64,000 nt of DNA from an uncultured Gaiellaceae bacterium (GCA_963831285.1 CAWHPO010000003.1:91401-155400); one strand, 5' to 3'; shown: positions 9,613 to 19,245, counted from the first letter of the stretch. The notes: generated by a model from the letters alone, not told the origin. A program made the numbers and translations.

Positions 9613-10194
9613 CTAGCTCGCGTTCAGGAACAGCGGGACGGTCACGGACTTGCAGTTGTCCTGGTTGTTCGCCGCGTTCGTCGCCGGCAGCTTGTTCACC
9701 ATCCGGATCTGGACGGTTCCGTCGGCCGTCGTGACGCCCGGGCCGACGTTGCCCGCCAGCTCCGTGTCGTCGATCGCCGTTCCTGCGGGAGCCCACGTCG
9801 AGCCGTCTGCCGACAGCTCGAAGTCGTTCTTGTCGCACGCGGGCTTACCGGAGTCGCCCTGCGAAGACCACGCGCTCGGCGTGGACGACGGGTCGGCGTT
9901 GCTGCTGATCGCGATCTGGAAGTTGACCTCGAACAGAGCCTGGTTGCCGGTGCTGTTGTTCTTGACGCGGTACGTCACCGTCTCGGACGGGCCGCCCGGA
10001 GTCAGCGCGTTGGCCACTGTCGCCGCATCGGACGTGACCTGCCACTTCGTGTCCGTGCCCGTCGTCGCCGACCCCTGACCGGTGCCGGTCGACGTCCAGT
10101 ACGCGTATGCGCCCATCGACGCCACCGCCGCAATGACGGCGCCGAGGACGACGAGGACCCAGGTCCTCTTCTTGAAGCGTGTGATCCGCTTCAT
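9613..10194 (-). CDS. Small secreted protein with a SipW/TasA-type N-terminus
   Basis: ATG at 10194 is preceded by GGAGGA. The N-terminus is MKRITRFKKRTWVLVVLGAVIAAVASMGAYAYWTSTGTG. A Cys pair is present (KPACDKNDF ... DNCKSVTVPLF). It is a paralogue of 9036..9515. Confidence 0.65.
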   Translation of the reverse strand: MKRITRFKKRTWVLVVLGAVIAAVASMGAYAYWTSTGTGQGSATTGTDTKWQVTSDAATVANALTPGGPSETVTYRVKNNSTGNQALFEVNFQIAISSNADPSSTPSAWSSQGDSGKPACDKNDFELSADGSTWAPAGTAIDDTELAGNVGPGVTTADGTVQIRMVNKLPATNAANNQDNCKSVTVPLFLNAS

Positions 10195-10358
10195 CCCTTT
10201 CCTCCTTCCCCGCGAGGGGCATTGTCGGTGTGCCCGCATGCACAACCGCCCCCCCGGCCGGGTCGAGCTGCGGAAACCGTGTTCGGAGAAGGGCCGAAGC
10301 TGCCGCAGCGGCCCTGCCCCGGTTCGGACCTCTCCCCTAGATGTCCTCCCCTAACCAC

Positions 10359-10378
10359 GGTGCCTCGATCGAGGCACC
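10359..10378. promoter_or_regulatory. Perfect 20 bp palindrome in a divergent promoter region
   Basis: GGTGCCTCGATCGAGGCACC lies between the surface operon (ATG 10194, minus) and the MFS gene (plus). Confidence 0.3.
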
Positions 10379-10480
10379 TCGAAGTCATCAAATACGCACG
10401 TGGACTCAGAGTTCAAGGGGCCGGAGCCCCCAACCCCCCGTACGGGGGGCGCGGTCCGTACCGATAGGCTCACCGCGCCG

Positions 10481-11713
10481 GTGACGAGCCCGTCGCAGAT
10501 CAGGCGAAACACGGTTCTCCTCAGCCTGTGCCTGCTGACGCTCTCCGGCGTGCTTCAGCTCGCAGTCGCCGTGGCGACGATCACGCTCGTGCTGGTGACC
10601 GGGATCGAGTCGATTCTCGGCCTCGGTCCCGCGATCTTCCTCACCGCGGGCGCCCTCGCCGCCCTGCCGGCCGGGCGCCTCATGGATCGCTACGGACGCG
10701 TGCCCGTCATCTCGGGCGCCTTCGTCATCGGCGCGATCGGTTGCGTGTCCACCGCGCTCGGGTGCCTCGTGGACAGCGCGTCCCTCGTCGTCCTCGGGTT
10801 CATCGGGGTGGGAGCGATGAATGGCGGCGTGCTGCTCGCGCGCACCGCAGCAGCCGACATGTATCCCCCCGACAGGAAGGCTCGCGCGATCTCCTACGTG
10901 CTCTTCGGCGCGCTCTTCGGCGCCGCGCTCGGGCCGCTCGTCTTTCGGCCGCTGTTCGTAGGGAAGGACCTCGAGCTCAACGCCCTCGTGGTGCCGTGGT
11001 TCGTCGCAGCGGCCATGGCGCTCGTCGGGCTGCTGTTGGCGCTCAACATCCGGCCGGACCCGCGCACGATCGCGCTCGAGCTCCAGCAGGCCGGCGCCGA
11101 TGCTGCGAGCGCAGCGCCCCCGGCGCCGCTTCGGGAGATTCTGCGCCGCCCCGGGGTTCCCACGGCGGTCATCGCCGCGCTCGCCAGCTTCGCGGTGATG
11201 GCCGGCGTGATGAACCTGACCGGCTACATCGTGGTCGGGCACCACCACGCCCAGGCCGATGTCTTCAGCGTCATCAGCCTTCACATCGTCGGGATGTACG
11301 CGCTGGTGCTCGTGATCGGCGCGCTCGTGGATCGCGTCGGACGGCGCCCGACGCTCCTCTGGGGCCTCGCCATCATGGCCGTCTCGACCGTGATGCTCGC
11401 GTTCGTCAGCTCGATCCTGTGGACGTCGGCGTCGCTGTTCCTGCTCGGTCTCGGCTGGAATCTCTCGTACATCTCCGCGACGGCGGAGCTCGTGACGCAC
11501 GCGACGCCGGTCGAGCGCGGACGCCTGGTCGGCTTCACCGACCTGGCCGCGGGTCTGCTCGCGGCGGCGCTCGCGCTGCTCGGCGGCGCCGCCTACACGG
11601 AGTGGGGCGTCGTCGCGGTCTCCGTCGGCGCCACGCTCGCCGTGGTCGTGCCGGCGTTCGCGATCCTCGTGGCCCGGAGACCTCCCGCGGTCGCCCCGGA
11701 GCCGGTCGGATAG
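10481..11713 (+). CDS. MFS transporter
   Basis: About 12 hydrophobic helices, with an MFS loop motif [12 protein letters not shown]. The track ORF starts at 10400. GTG at 10481 (VTSPSQIRR) is a more plausible start. Confidence 0.8.
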   Translation: MTSPSQIRRNTVLLSLCLLTLSGVLQLAVAVATITLVLVTGIESILGLGPAIFLTAGALAALPAGRLMDRYGRVPVISGAFVIGAIGCVSTALGCLVDSASLVVLGFIGVGAMNGGVLLARTAAADMYPPDRKARAISYVLFGALFGAALGPLVFRPLFVGKDLELNALVVPWFVAAAMALVGLLLALNIRPDPRTIALELQQAGADAASAAPPAPLREILRRPGVPTAVIAALASFAVMAGVMNLTGYIVVGHHHAQADVFSVISLHIVGMYALVLVIGALVDRVGRRPTLLWGLAIMAVSTVMLAFVSSILWTSASLFLLGLGWNLSYISATAELVTHATPVERGRLVGFTDLAAGLLAAALALLGGAAYTEWGVVAVSVGATLAVVVPAFAILVARRPPAVAPEPVG

Positions 11714-11769
11714 CAGCGTTCCGCTGCTACAATCGGCCGCCGGCGGACGGCGAGTCCGCCCTCTTTCTG

Positions 11770-12201
11770 ATGAAGACGTACACGGCCAAGCCCGGAGAGA
11801 TCGAGCGCGAGTGGTTCCTCGTCGACGCCGAGGGACAGACGCTCGGCCGGCTCGCGACCCGGATCGCCGACACGCTCCGCGGCAAGGGCAAGCCCGTGTA
11901 CACGCCGCATGTCGACACGGGTGACTTCGTCGTCGTCGTGAACGCGGAGAAGATCGCCGTGACCGGCTCGAAGCTCGACACGAAGATCTACTACCGGCAC
12001 TCGGGATACCCGGGAGGCATCAGGCAGCGCACGCTCCGCGAGCAGCTCGACCGGCGCCCGACCGAGGTATTGCGCAAGGCAGTCAAGGGCATGCTCCCGA
12101 AGAACAAGCTCGCGTCCGCTCAGATCACGAAGCTCAAGATCTACGCGGGGCCGGAGCATCCGCACGCCGCGCAGGCGCCGAGGCCATTGGAGCTCGTGTG
12201 A
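11770..12201 (+). CDS. rplM: 50S ribosomal protein L13
   Basis: [62 protein letters not shown]... Confidence 0.95.
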   Translation: MKTYTAKPGEIEREWFLVDAEGQTLGRLATRIADTLRGKGKPVYTPHVDTGDFVVVVNAEKIAVTGSKLDTKIYYRHSGYPGGIRQRTLREQLDRRPTEVLRKAVKGMLPKNKLASAQITKLKIYAGPEHPHAAQAPRPLELV

Positions 12202-12593
12202 GCGAGATCGCCCAGTACCTCGGGACGGGCAAGCGCAAGACGTCGGTCGCGCGCGTCATCCTCCGCCCCGGTGACGGCAAGACGTGGATCAACGGCCGCA
12301 CGCTCGACGAGTACTTCCCGCGCGCGCTGCATCGCCAGATGGTGCTCGCGCCCCTCGAGGTCGCCGAGGCGGCATCGACCTACGACCTGCGCGTGCGCGT
12401 GCAGGGAGGCGGGCCGTCGGGCCAGGCCGGCGCGATCCGGCACGGGATCGCCCGCGCGCTCGTGGAGGCCGATCCCGAGATGCGCATCCCGCTCAAGCGG
12501 CAGGGCTTCCTGACCCGAGACGCTCGCATCGTCGAGCGCAAGAAGGCCGGCCTGCACAAGGCCCGCAAGGCTCCTCAGTTCTCGAAGAGGTAG
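12198..12593 (+). CDS. rpsI: 30S ribosomal protein S9
   Basis: 131 aa ending [17 protein letters not shown]. It overlaps the rplM stop by 4 nt. Confidence 0.95.
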   Translation: MSEIAQYLGTGKRKTSVARVILRPGDGKTWINGRTLDEYFPRALHRQMVLAPLEVAEAASTYDLRVRVQGGGPSGQAGAIRHGIARALVEADPEMRIPLKRQGFLTRDARIVERKKAGLHKARKAPQFSKR

Positions 12594-12604
12594 CTTCCGC
12601 CGCC

Positions 12605-13865
12605 GTGGCGCGGCGCTACTTCGGAACGGACGGCGTGCGCGGGATCGCGGGCGTCGACCTCACGCCCGACCTCGTCGAGCGCATCGGGAAGGCCGCGACG
12701 CTGTGGGCCGGACGGCGGACGCGTGCTCGTCGGTCGCGACACGCGCGCCTCGGGCCCCGAGCTCGAGCAGGCCGCAGCTCGCGGGATCGCCTCGGCCGGA
12801 GGCGTGGCGGTTCTCGGCGGCGTCCTCCCGACACCCGCGATCGCGTTGCTCTCGGACGAGCTCGGCGTCGTCATCTCCGCCTCGCACAACCCGCCCGAGT
12901 ACAACGGCGTCAAGCTCTTTCGGGGCGGCGGCAAGCTCGTCGACGAGCAGGAGGAGGCGATCGAGGCGCTGTTCGAGGCGCCCCCGACGGGGCGTGGCTC
13001 GATCGAGCGCGTGGACGATCTCGGCGAGCGCTACGCCGCCCATCTCCGCGACCGCTGCGGAACCGACCTGACCGGGCTTCGAGTCGGCGTCGACTGCGCG
13101 AACGGAGCGATGACCGCTTTCGCACCGCCGATCTTCGAGGAGCTCGGCGCGGAGGTGCACGCGATCTGCGTCGAGCCCGACGGCTCGAACATCAACGTCG
13201 GCTGCGGAGCGACCGACCTCTCGCGCTTGCAGCAACTCGTCACGAGCGCCTCGCTCGATCTCGGGGTGGCCTTCGACGGCGACGGCGACCGCATGCTGGC
13301 GGTCGACGAGCGCGGCGAGCCGGTCGACGGGGATCAGATCCTCGCCGTTCTCGCGCTTCATCTCGACGTCGAGCTCGTGGCCGTCACCGTCATGACGAAC
13401 CTCGGGTTCCACCGGCTGATGGGAGAGCACGGAGTGAAGGTGCTGACGACTCCCGTCGGCGACCGCTACGTGCTCGAGGCGCTCGGGCGCGAGGGTGGCG
13501 CCCTCGGCGGCGAGCAGTCGGGACACCTGATCTGGCTCGACGGTCACGTCACCGGAGACGGCCTCGCCGCCGCCCTGCTGCTGTGCGCCGCGGTTCGCGG
13601 TCGCACGCTCAGCGACGCGGCCGCCGTGATGCCCCGTTACCCGCAGGTGAAGCGCAATGTCTCGGTGTCCCGCCCGAGCGTCCCGCAGTCCGTGGTGGAC
13701 GAGGCCGAGCGCCTCAACGAGGTGCTCGGCGGCGGCGGACGGGTGCTCGTGCGCGCGTCAGGAACGGAACCGGTCGTTCGCGTCCTGGCCGAGGCGGAAA
13801 CTGTCGGAGATGCCGAAAAGCTGTGTGCTAGCATCGCCGCGCTCGTTGAACGAGAGCTCGGCTGA
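12605..13865 (+). CDS. glmM: Phosphoglucosamine mutase with an apparent frameshift near 12706-12712
   Basis: The GTG at 12605 gives VARRYFGTDGVRGIAGVDLTPDLVERIGKAATLWAG. The reading then switches frame to RVLVGRDTRASG...ISASHNPPEYNGVKLF...GDGDR...GGEQSGH. Total length is 3n+1. Confidence 0.9.
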
Positions 13866-13921
13866 GCCCGACGAAGGGCGCCGCCGGGCTCTTGCGCGTT
13901 TAATGATGCAATAGCGAGCAA

Positions 13922-14200
13922 AAACTGATCAAGGATCCATGGAAACCACAAACACAGCGGCCGCGCAGCGGACGCCTTCAGGGATTTTCGCGCGATCGGG
14001 ATCGGCGCTAGCCGAAACTGATCAAGGATCCATGGAAACCACAAACACAGCGGCCGCGAAGCGGACGCCTTCAGGGATTTTCGCGCGATCGGGATCGGCG
14101 CTAGCCGAAACTGATCAAGGATCCATGGAAACCACAAACACAGCGGCCGCGAAGCGGACGCCTTCAGGGATTTTCGCGCGATCGGGATCGGCGCTAGCCG
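13922..14200 (+). repeat. Tandem array of three 93 bp units between glmM and glmS
   Basis: Unit starts are 13922, 14015 and 14108, with one substitution between copies. The unit is AAACTGATCAAGGATCCATGGAAACCACAAACACAGCGGCCGCGAAGCGGACGCCTTCAGGGATTTTCGCGCGATCGGGATCGGCGCTAGCCG. GC content is lower than the flanking DNA. Confidence 0.9.
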
Positions 14201-14223
14201 ATCCCGATCTTGCGCACTAGCCA

Positions 14224-16049
14224 GTGTGCGGGATCATCGGATACGTCGGGTCGCGTGAGTGCAAGGCGCTTCTGCTCCAGGGCCTCGAGCGGCTGGAGTA
14301 CCGCGGCTACGACTCGGCAGGCATCGCGCTCCTCGAGGACGACGGCCTCGACTACGTCCGCGCGGTCGGGCCTCTCGGCAACCTGAAGTCCCGCGCGGGG
14401 ACGAACGGCTCGACGCGACGACGGGCCTCGGCCACACGCGCTGGGCGACGCACGGCGGAGTGACCGAGGCGAACGCGCATCCGCTCGCCGGGTGCGAGGC
14501 CGCGACGCTGTCGATCGTCCTGAACGGCATCGTCGAGAACTACCGCGAGCTCAAGGAGAGCCTGCTCGCGGAGGGTCATACCTTCACCTCGGAGACCGAC
14601 GCCGAGACGGTCACTCATCTCATCGAGCGCTACTACGAGGGCGACCTGGTCGAAGCGGTGCGGCTCGCCTTCGGGGCGCTCGAAGGGCACTTCGCCTTCG
14701 TCGTGATCCACCACGACCATCCGGGGCTCCTCGTGGGCGCTCGGCATCAGGTGCCGCTCGTCGTCGGCATCGGCGCCGAGGAGATGTTCCTCGCCTCGAA
14801 CGCCGCCGCGTTCCTCGCGGAGACGCGCTCCGTGCAGTTCCCGGGCGACGGCGAGATCGTCGCGGTTCGCCCCGACGGCGCGGTGTTCCAGTACGCGGAC
14901 GCGAGCCCGGTCGAGCACGAGCCCGTCGAGCTGGACTGGGACGACGAGGGCGCCGAGAAGGGCGGCTACGAGACGTTCATGCTGAAGGAGATCTTCGAGC
15001 AGCCGGAGGCAGTCGCCGAGACGATCGGAGACCGCGTCCGTCACGGCAGCCTCGTGCTCGAGGGGCTCGGGATGAACGACGAGGAGGTCAAGGAGCTGCG
15101 GCGCATCGTCCTGCTCGCCTGCGGCACCGCCTACCACGCCTGCGTCGTCGGCAGGTACGTGATCGAGGAATGGGCGCGCGTCCCGGTCGAGTTCGACATC
15201 GCGAGCGAATGGCTCTACCGCAACCCGGTCATCAACGAGCACGACCTCGTCATCGGGGTCACGCAGTCGGGCGAGACGCGCGACACGATCGAGGCGCTCA
15301 AGCTCGCGCGGGAGCGCGGCGCGCGGACGGTCGCGATCACGAACATGATGGGCTCGCAGGTCACGCGCGAGGTGGACTCCGTCCTGTACACGCGCGCGGG
15401 TCTCGAGGTGTCGGTCGCGTCGTCGAAGTGCTTCACCGCACAGGTCGCGCTCCTCTACCTGGTGGCCCTCAAGCTCTCGCAGATCCGCCAGACGCTGCCG
15501 CCCGGCGAGATCGAGTTCATCCTCGACTTCGTCTACAAGCTCCCGCAGAAGATCCAGGCGTTCCTCGACGGCGACCATCCCATCGAGGAGATCGCGCAGC
15601 GCTACCACGACGCGCACTTCTTCCTCTACCTCGGGCGCCACATCGGGCTCCCGGTCGCGCTCGAGGGCGCGCTCAAGATGAAGGAGATCTCCTACATCCC
15701 GACCGAGGCGTACTCGGCGGGGGAGATGAAGCACGGCCCGATCGCGCTCCTCGACGAGGCGACGCCGGTCGTCGTCGTCGCCACGAACATCCACGTCTAC
15801 GACAAGGTCGTCTCGAACATCCAGGAGGTCCGCGCTCGCGGCGCCCACGTGATCGCGATCGCGACCGACGGCAACGAGGACATCCAGCACCACGCGGACG
15901 ACGTGATCTACGTGCCGAAGACGCCGGCGTTCCTGCAGGTCGTGCTCGCGATCCTCCCGCTCCAGCTCCTCGCCTACCGCATCGCGCGCCTCCGCGGGCT
16001 CAACGTCGATCAGCCGCGGAACCTCGCCAAGACCGTCACGGTCGAGTAG
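14224..16049 (+). CDS. glmS: Glutamine--fructose-6-phosphate aminotransferase with an apparent 1 nt deletion in the G-run at 14397-14400
   Basis: (M)CGIIGYVGSRECKALLLQGLERLEYRGYDSAGIALL... runs to NLKSRAG. It then continues in the next frame as ERLDATTGLGHTRWATHG... and ends at ..NLAKTVTVE. Total length is 3n+2. Confidence 0.9.
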
Positions 16050-16129
16050 CGCGGCGCTCTTTACCGAATCGTCAGGACCCGTCTGTACGGTCGGCGGCTT
16101 CACGCACGACGACCAACGGGAGGTAACCG

Positions 16130-16675
16130 ATGAGAATCTCCGTGCGCCGTCCCTCGCCTGCGCTCGTGATCGCCTGTCTCGCTCTCGCCCTTGCCCTCGG
16201 CGGCACGAGCTACGCCGCCGCGCTGGCCCTGCCGAGGAACAGCGTCGGCCCGGCGCAGCTCAAGTCCTCCGCGGTGACGACGAAGAAGCTCGCGCCCAAT
16301 GCCGTCACCTCGGCGAAGGTGCTGAACGGCTCCCTGCTCAAGGCCGACTTCAGGGCCGGCTCGCTGCCGGCCGGGCCCACGGGGCCTGCGGGACCAGCCG
16401 GACCGACAGGCCCGTCGGGGCTGAGCGGCCTCGAGCGCGTCGATGCGACGTCTCCGGCGAGCTCGGCGACGACGCGAACGATGACCGTCGCCTGCCCCAG
16501 CGGGAAGCGCCTGCTCGGCGGAGGAGTGCGGCTCAATCCGATTCTGCCGCAGCTCGCCGTCCAGCAGTCCTTCCCCGACGACGACAACACGTTTCGCGCG
16601 AGCGTGCGCGAGGTCACGGCGACCCCCTCGAACTGGTCGATCACCGTGTACGCGGTCTGCGCCGTGGCGAGCTGA
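16130..16675 (+). CDS. Secreted protein with a short collagen-like GPxGPx tract
   Basis: A signal-like N-terminus (PALVIACLALALALGGTSYA) is followed by GPTGPAGPAGPTGPSGLSG and a Cys-containing C-terminal domain. Confidence 0.5.
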   Translation: MRISVRRPSPALVIACLALALALGGTSYAAALALPRNSVGPAQLKSSAVTTKKLAPNAVTSAKVLNGSLLKADFRAGSLPAGPTGPAGPAGPTGPSGLSGLERVDATSPASSATTRTMTVACPSGKRLLGGGVRLNPILPQLAVQQSFPDDDNTFRASVREVTATPSNWSITVYAVCAVAS

Positions 16676-16729
16676 TCACGGCACGAGCGGGGAGGGCCCA
16701 GCGCCCTCCCCGCGAGTACGCTGACCCGC

Positions 16730-17524
16730 ATGAGCCAGGCGCCTCCGTACTCGACGCGCGGGGTCGAGGCGCTTCGCTTGCCCGGCCGCGACGTCGAGCA
16801 CGACGTCGTCGCCGTCGAGGAGCCGCTCGAGATCCGCATCGGCGGCGAGCCGGTCGCCGTCACCATGCGGACTCCGGGCCACGACGAGGAGCTCGCGCTG
16901 GGCTTCTGCCTGGGCGAGGGCCTGGAGCCCGTGTCGGCGCGCCTTTCGGAGGACCTCGCCGCGAACACCGTGGACGTGGATGCGCCGGGCTTCGACCCGG
17001 ACCGATTGAGGAGGAGCTTCTACACCTCGTCCTCGTGCGGGGTCTGCGGGAAGGGGGCGATCGAGGCGGTCGAGGTCGCTGCGCCCCGCGTCGAGAGCCG
17101 GCTCGAGCTCCCGTTCGCGCTCGCAGCGTCGTTGCCGGAACGGTTGCTCGAGGCCCAGCGGGCGTTCGCCGCCACGGGCGGCCTCCACGCGACGGGCCTC
17201 TTCGACGCGCAGGGCGAGCTCCTGTGCGTGCGCGAGGACGTCGGCCGGCACAACGCCCTCGACAAGGTCGTCGGCTGGGCGTTTCTCGAGGGCCGACTTC
17301 CCCTCACGGAGAACGTCCTCTGCGTGAGCGGCCGCCTGTCGTTCGAGCTCGTGCAGAAGGCGGCGGTGGCCGGCTGCCCTGTGCTCGTCGCCGTGGGAGC
17401 ACCGTCGTCGCTGGCGGTCGAGCTCGCCGCGGACCGTGGTCTCACGCTCTGCGGCTGGACACGCGGCGGGCGGACGACGGTGTACTCGGAACCGTGGCGG
17501 ATAGTGACGAGCGATGGGGTCTGA
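16730..17524 (+). CDS. fdhD: Formate dehydrogenase accessory sulfurtransferase
   Basis: Motifs SSSCGVCGKGAIE, GGLHA and DVGRHNALDKVVG are present. Confidence 0.9.
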   Translation: MSQAPPYSTRGVEALRLPGRDVEHDVVAVEEPLEIRIGGEPVAVTMRTPGHDEELALGFCLGEGLEPVSARLSEDLAANTVDVDAPGFDPDRLRRSFYTSSSCGVCGKGAIEAVEVAAPRVESRLELPFALAASLPERLLEAQRAFAATGGLHATGLFDAQGELLCVREDVGRHNALDKVVGWAFLEGRLPLTENVLCVSGRLSFELVQKAAVAGCPVLVAVGAPSSLAVELAADRGLTLCGWTRGGRTTVYSEPWRIVTSDGV

Positions 17525-18534
17525 CCCCAGGGGTCTGACCCCATCTCCCGTTCCAGCCACGGGCATCCTCCTCGTCGGCGGCGCATCCGAGCGCTTCGGC
17601 TCGCCGAAGGCGCTCGCGCTCTTCCGCGGCGAGACGCTTGCGGAGCGCGCGTGGCGCGTGCTCGGAGAGACGTGCGAGGAGGTGCTCGCCGTCGGCAAGC
17701 AGGAGTCGGACGGGCTCGCGCTGCCCTTTCCCGTCTCGGACGACGGGGCGCATGAGCGCGCGCCGGTCTTCGGGCTGATCGCGGGACTGCGGGCGGCCTC
17801 GCACGAGGCGTGCGTCGCGCTCCCGGTCGACTGCCCGCTCGTGACGCCGCAGCTCCTGCACGACCTCCTCGACGCAGGCGCCGTCCCCCAGACGGGGCCG
17901 CTCCCGGGCGCGTACCCGAAGGCGCTGCTGCCCGAGCTCGAGTCGCGCGTCGCGGCGGGCGAGCTCTCGCTCCGCGGCGTGAACCGGAACGAGCTCGAGG
18001 TCGACGAGCGCCTCGTCCGGAACGTGAACACGCGGGTCGATCTCGTTCGCGCCGAGGCGGACGCGCTCGATCTCGACGACCATGACTCGCCGAGCACGGG
18101 CGCGTTCGGGCAACGCGAGCTGGCCGAGCTCACTGGCGACTTCTGGAGCCATGCGATCTGGGCTGCGAGGCTCCTCCGGCGAGGCGAGGTCTTCCGGTCG
18201 CTCGAGTGCCTCGACGGGCCGATGAAGGCGCGGCTCGTCTCGCTCCTGGCCCGGCACGCGCGCGCGGTCGATCCGTCCGTAGAGGCCTGGGACAGCGGCC
18301 GCTTCCTCGAGCGCTGGGCCGACCCGGGCGCGCTCTCGGCGCTCGAACGTGCGTTCGCGCACTACGACGTACGGGACGTCGCCCGGGCGCTGTGGGAGAC
18401 GATCGACCTGTTCCAGCTGCTCGAGGAGGAGACCGCCCGTCGGCTCGGGCTCGCGGGTGGAGCTCGACCACGCCGAGCTTCGCCGGCTCGTCGCGGACGT
18501 CGTCCGCGATCCGCGGCAGGGAGCGATGCTGTGA
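17514..18534 (+). CDS. mobA: MobA-like molybdenum cofactor guanylyltransferase reading without a stop into an AadK-type C-terminal domain; frameshift near 18455-18462
   Basis: The N-terminus is GILLVGGASERFGSPKAL...NVNTRVDLVRAE (MobA). It is followed in frame by DFWSHAIWAARLLRRGEVFRSLECLDGPMKARLV...ALWETIDLFQLLEEE (streptomycin/aminoglycoside adenylyltransferase C-terminal-like). The C-terminus VELDHAELRRLVADVVRDPRQGAML* is in another frame. Confidence 0.55.
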
Positions 18535-19184
18535 TCGTGCGGGGGCTGCTCACCGCAGCGCTGGCGCTCGTGGTCATCGGATGCGGCGGCCACGACGAGG
18601 CCACGACGCCCGTGCGCGTCTACTTCCTCCGCGACGGAAAGGTCTGGCCCGTTGCCCGCGAGGTCGATGCGACAGACCCGCTGAACGGCGCCTTTCAGGC
18701 GCTTTCGGCGGGGCCGACGACTGCTGAGCAACGGGATCTCGGCCTCAGGACTGCAGTACCCGAGACCCAGGAAGTGCCCCTGCCCCGGCATGGTTTGGCT
18801 CAGCTGGTCTACACGTCCACGCAGTTTGCGCCGCACTCGGCCGACATCAACGGCGTCCACTACACGCGCGCCGACTTCGAGGCGCAGACGCCGCAGATCC
18901 TCGTCGAGTCTCCGCTCCCGTTCGAGGAGGTAAAGACGCCGCTCCGCGTCACCGGCACGGCGAACACCTTCGAGGCGACCTTCGAGTACGAGCTGAAAGA
19001 CAGCCAGGGCAAGGTGGTGGACTCGAACTTCGTGACGGCGACCTCGGGCACGGGCACCCGCGGCACGTTCGACTTCACGACGAAGGCGGTCGACGACGTC
19101 GTCTCCCTCGTCGTCTTCGAGCGCTCCGCGAAGGACGGCTCGCGCATCAACGAGGTCGAGATCCCGCTTCGCCCGGCGAGCTAG
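18531..19184 (+). CDS. Lipoprotein, GerMN / Gmad2 Ig-like type
   Basis: The GTG overlaps the upstream TGA (GTGA). The lipobox is LALVVIGCGG. PVRVYFLRDGKVWPVAREV and a C-terminal beta-rich domain follow. Confidence 0.65.
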   Translation: MIVRGLLTAALALVVIGCGGHDEATTPVRVYFLRDGKVWPVAREVDATDPLNGAFQALSAGPTTAEQRDLGLRTAVPETQEVPLPRHGLAQLVYTSTQFAPHSADINGVHYTRADFEAQTPQILVESPLPFEEVKTPLRVTGTANTFEATFEYELKDSQGKVVDSNFVTATSGTGTRGTFDFTTKAVDDVVSLVVFERSAKDGSRINEVEIPLRPAS

Positions 19185-19217
19185 CCCGTCGCGTCGCGCA
19201 CGAGGCCGATCCAGCCC

Positions 19218-19245
19218 GTAGGGGCGAGACATGTCTCGCCCCTAC
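19218..19245. repeat. REP-like 28 bp perfect palindrome
   Basis: GTAGGGGCGAGACATGTCTCGCCCCTAC. Related copies lie at 47304 and 47359. Confidence 0.8.

Noticed and set aside
13922-14200. CRISPR array, for this locus and for 53532-53760
   Set aside because: The sequences between the hairpins are identical from unit to unit, so there are no unique spacers. The period is 93 bp, and no cas genes or leader are present.
13922-14200. Cloning-vector or polylinker contamination, suggested by clustered GGATCC, CCATGG, GCGGCCGC, GCTAGC and CGATCG sites
   Set aside because: The unit is repeated three times head to tail and is flanked seamlessly by glmM and glmS. A second array at 53532-53760 shares its period and hairpin motif. 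Palindrome-rich native repeats explain the sites. Contamination cannot be fully excluded without reads.
13939-14220. A 93 aa ORF encoding three copies of a 31 aa repeat (METTNTAAAKRTPSGIFARSGSALAETDQGS), read as a possible multi-core peptide precursor
   Set aside because: Third-codon-position GC is only about 55% by hand count, against the strong GC3 bias of real genes here. The opposite strand is equally open. The frame stays open only because the 93 nt unit lacks stops. I treat it as non-coding repeat DNA.
13866-14223. glmS ribozyme upstream of glmS
   Set aside because: I recognise none of the conserved glmS ribozyme core segments, and the region is a simple threefold repeat. An Rfam scan would settle it.
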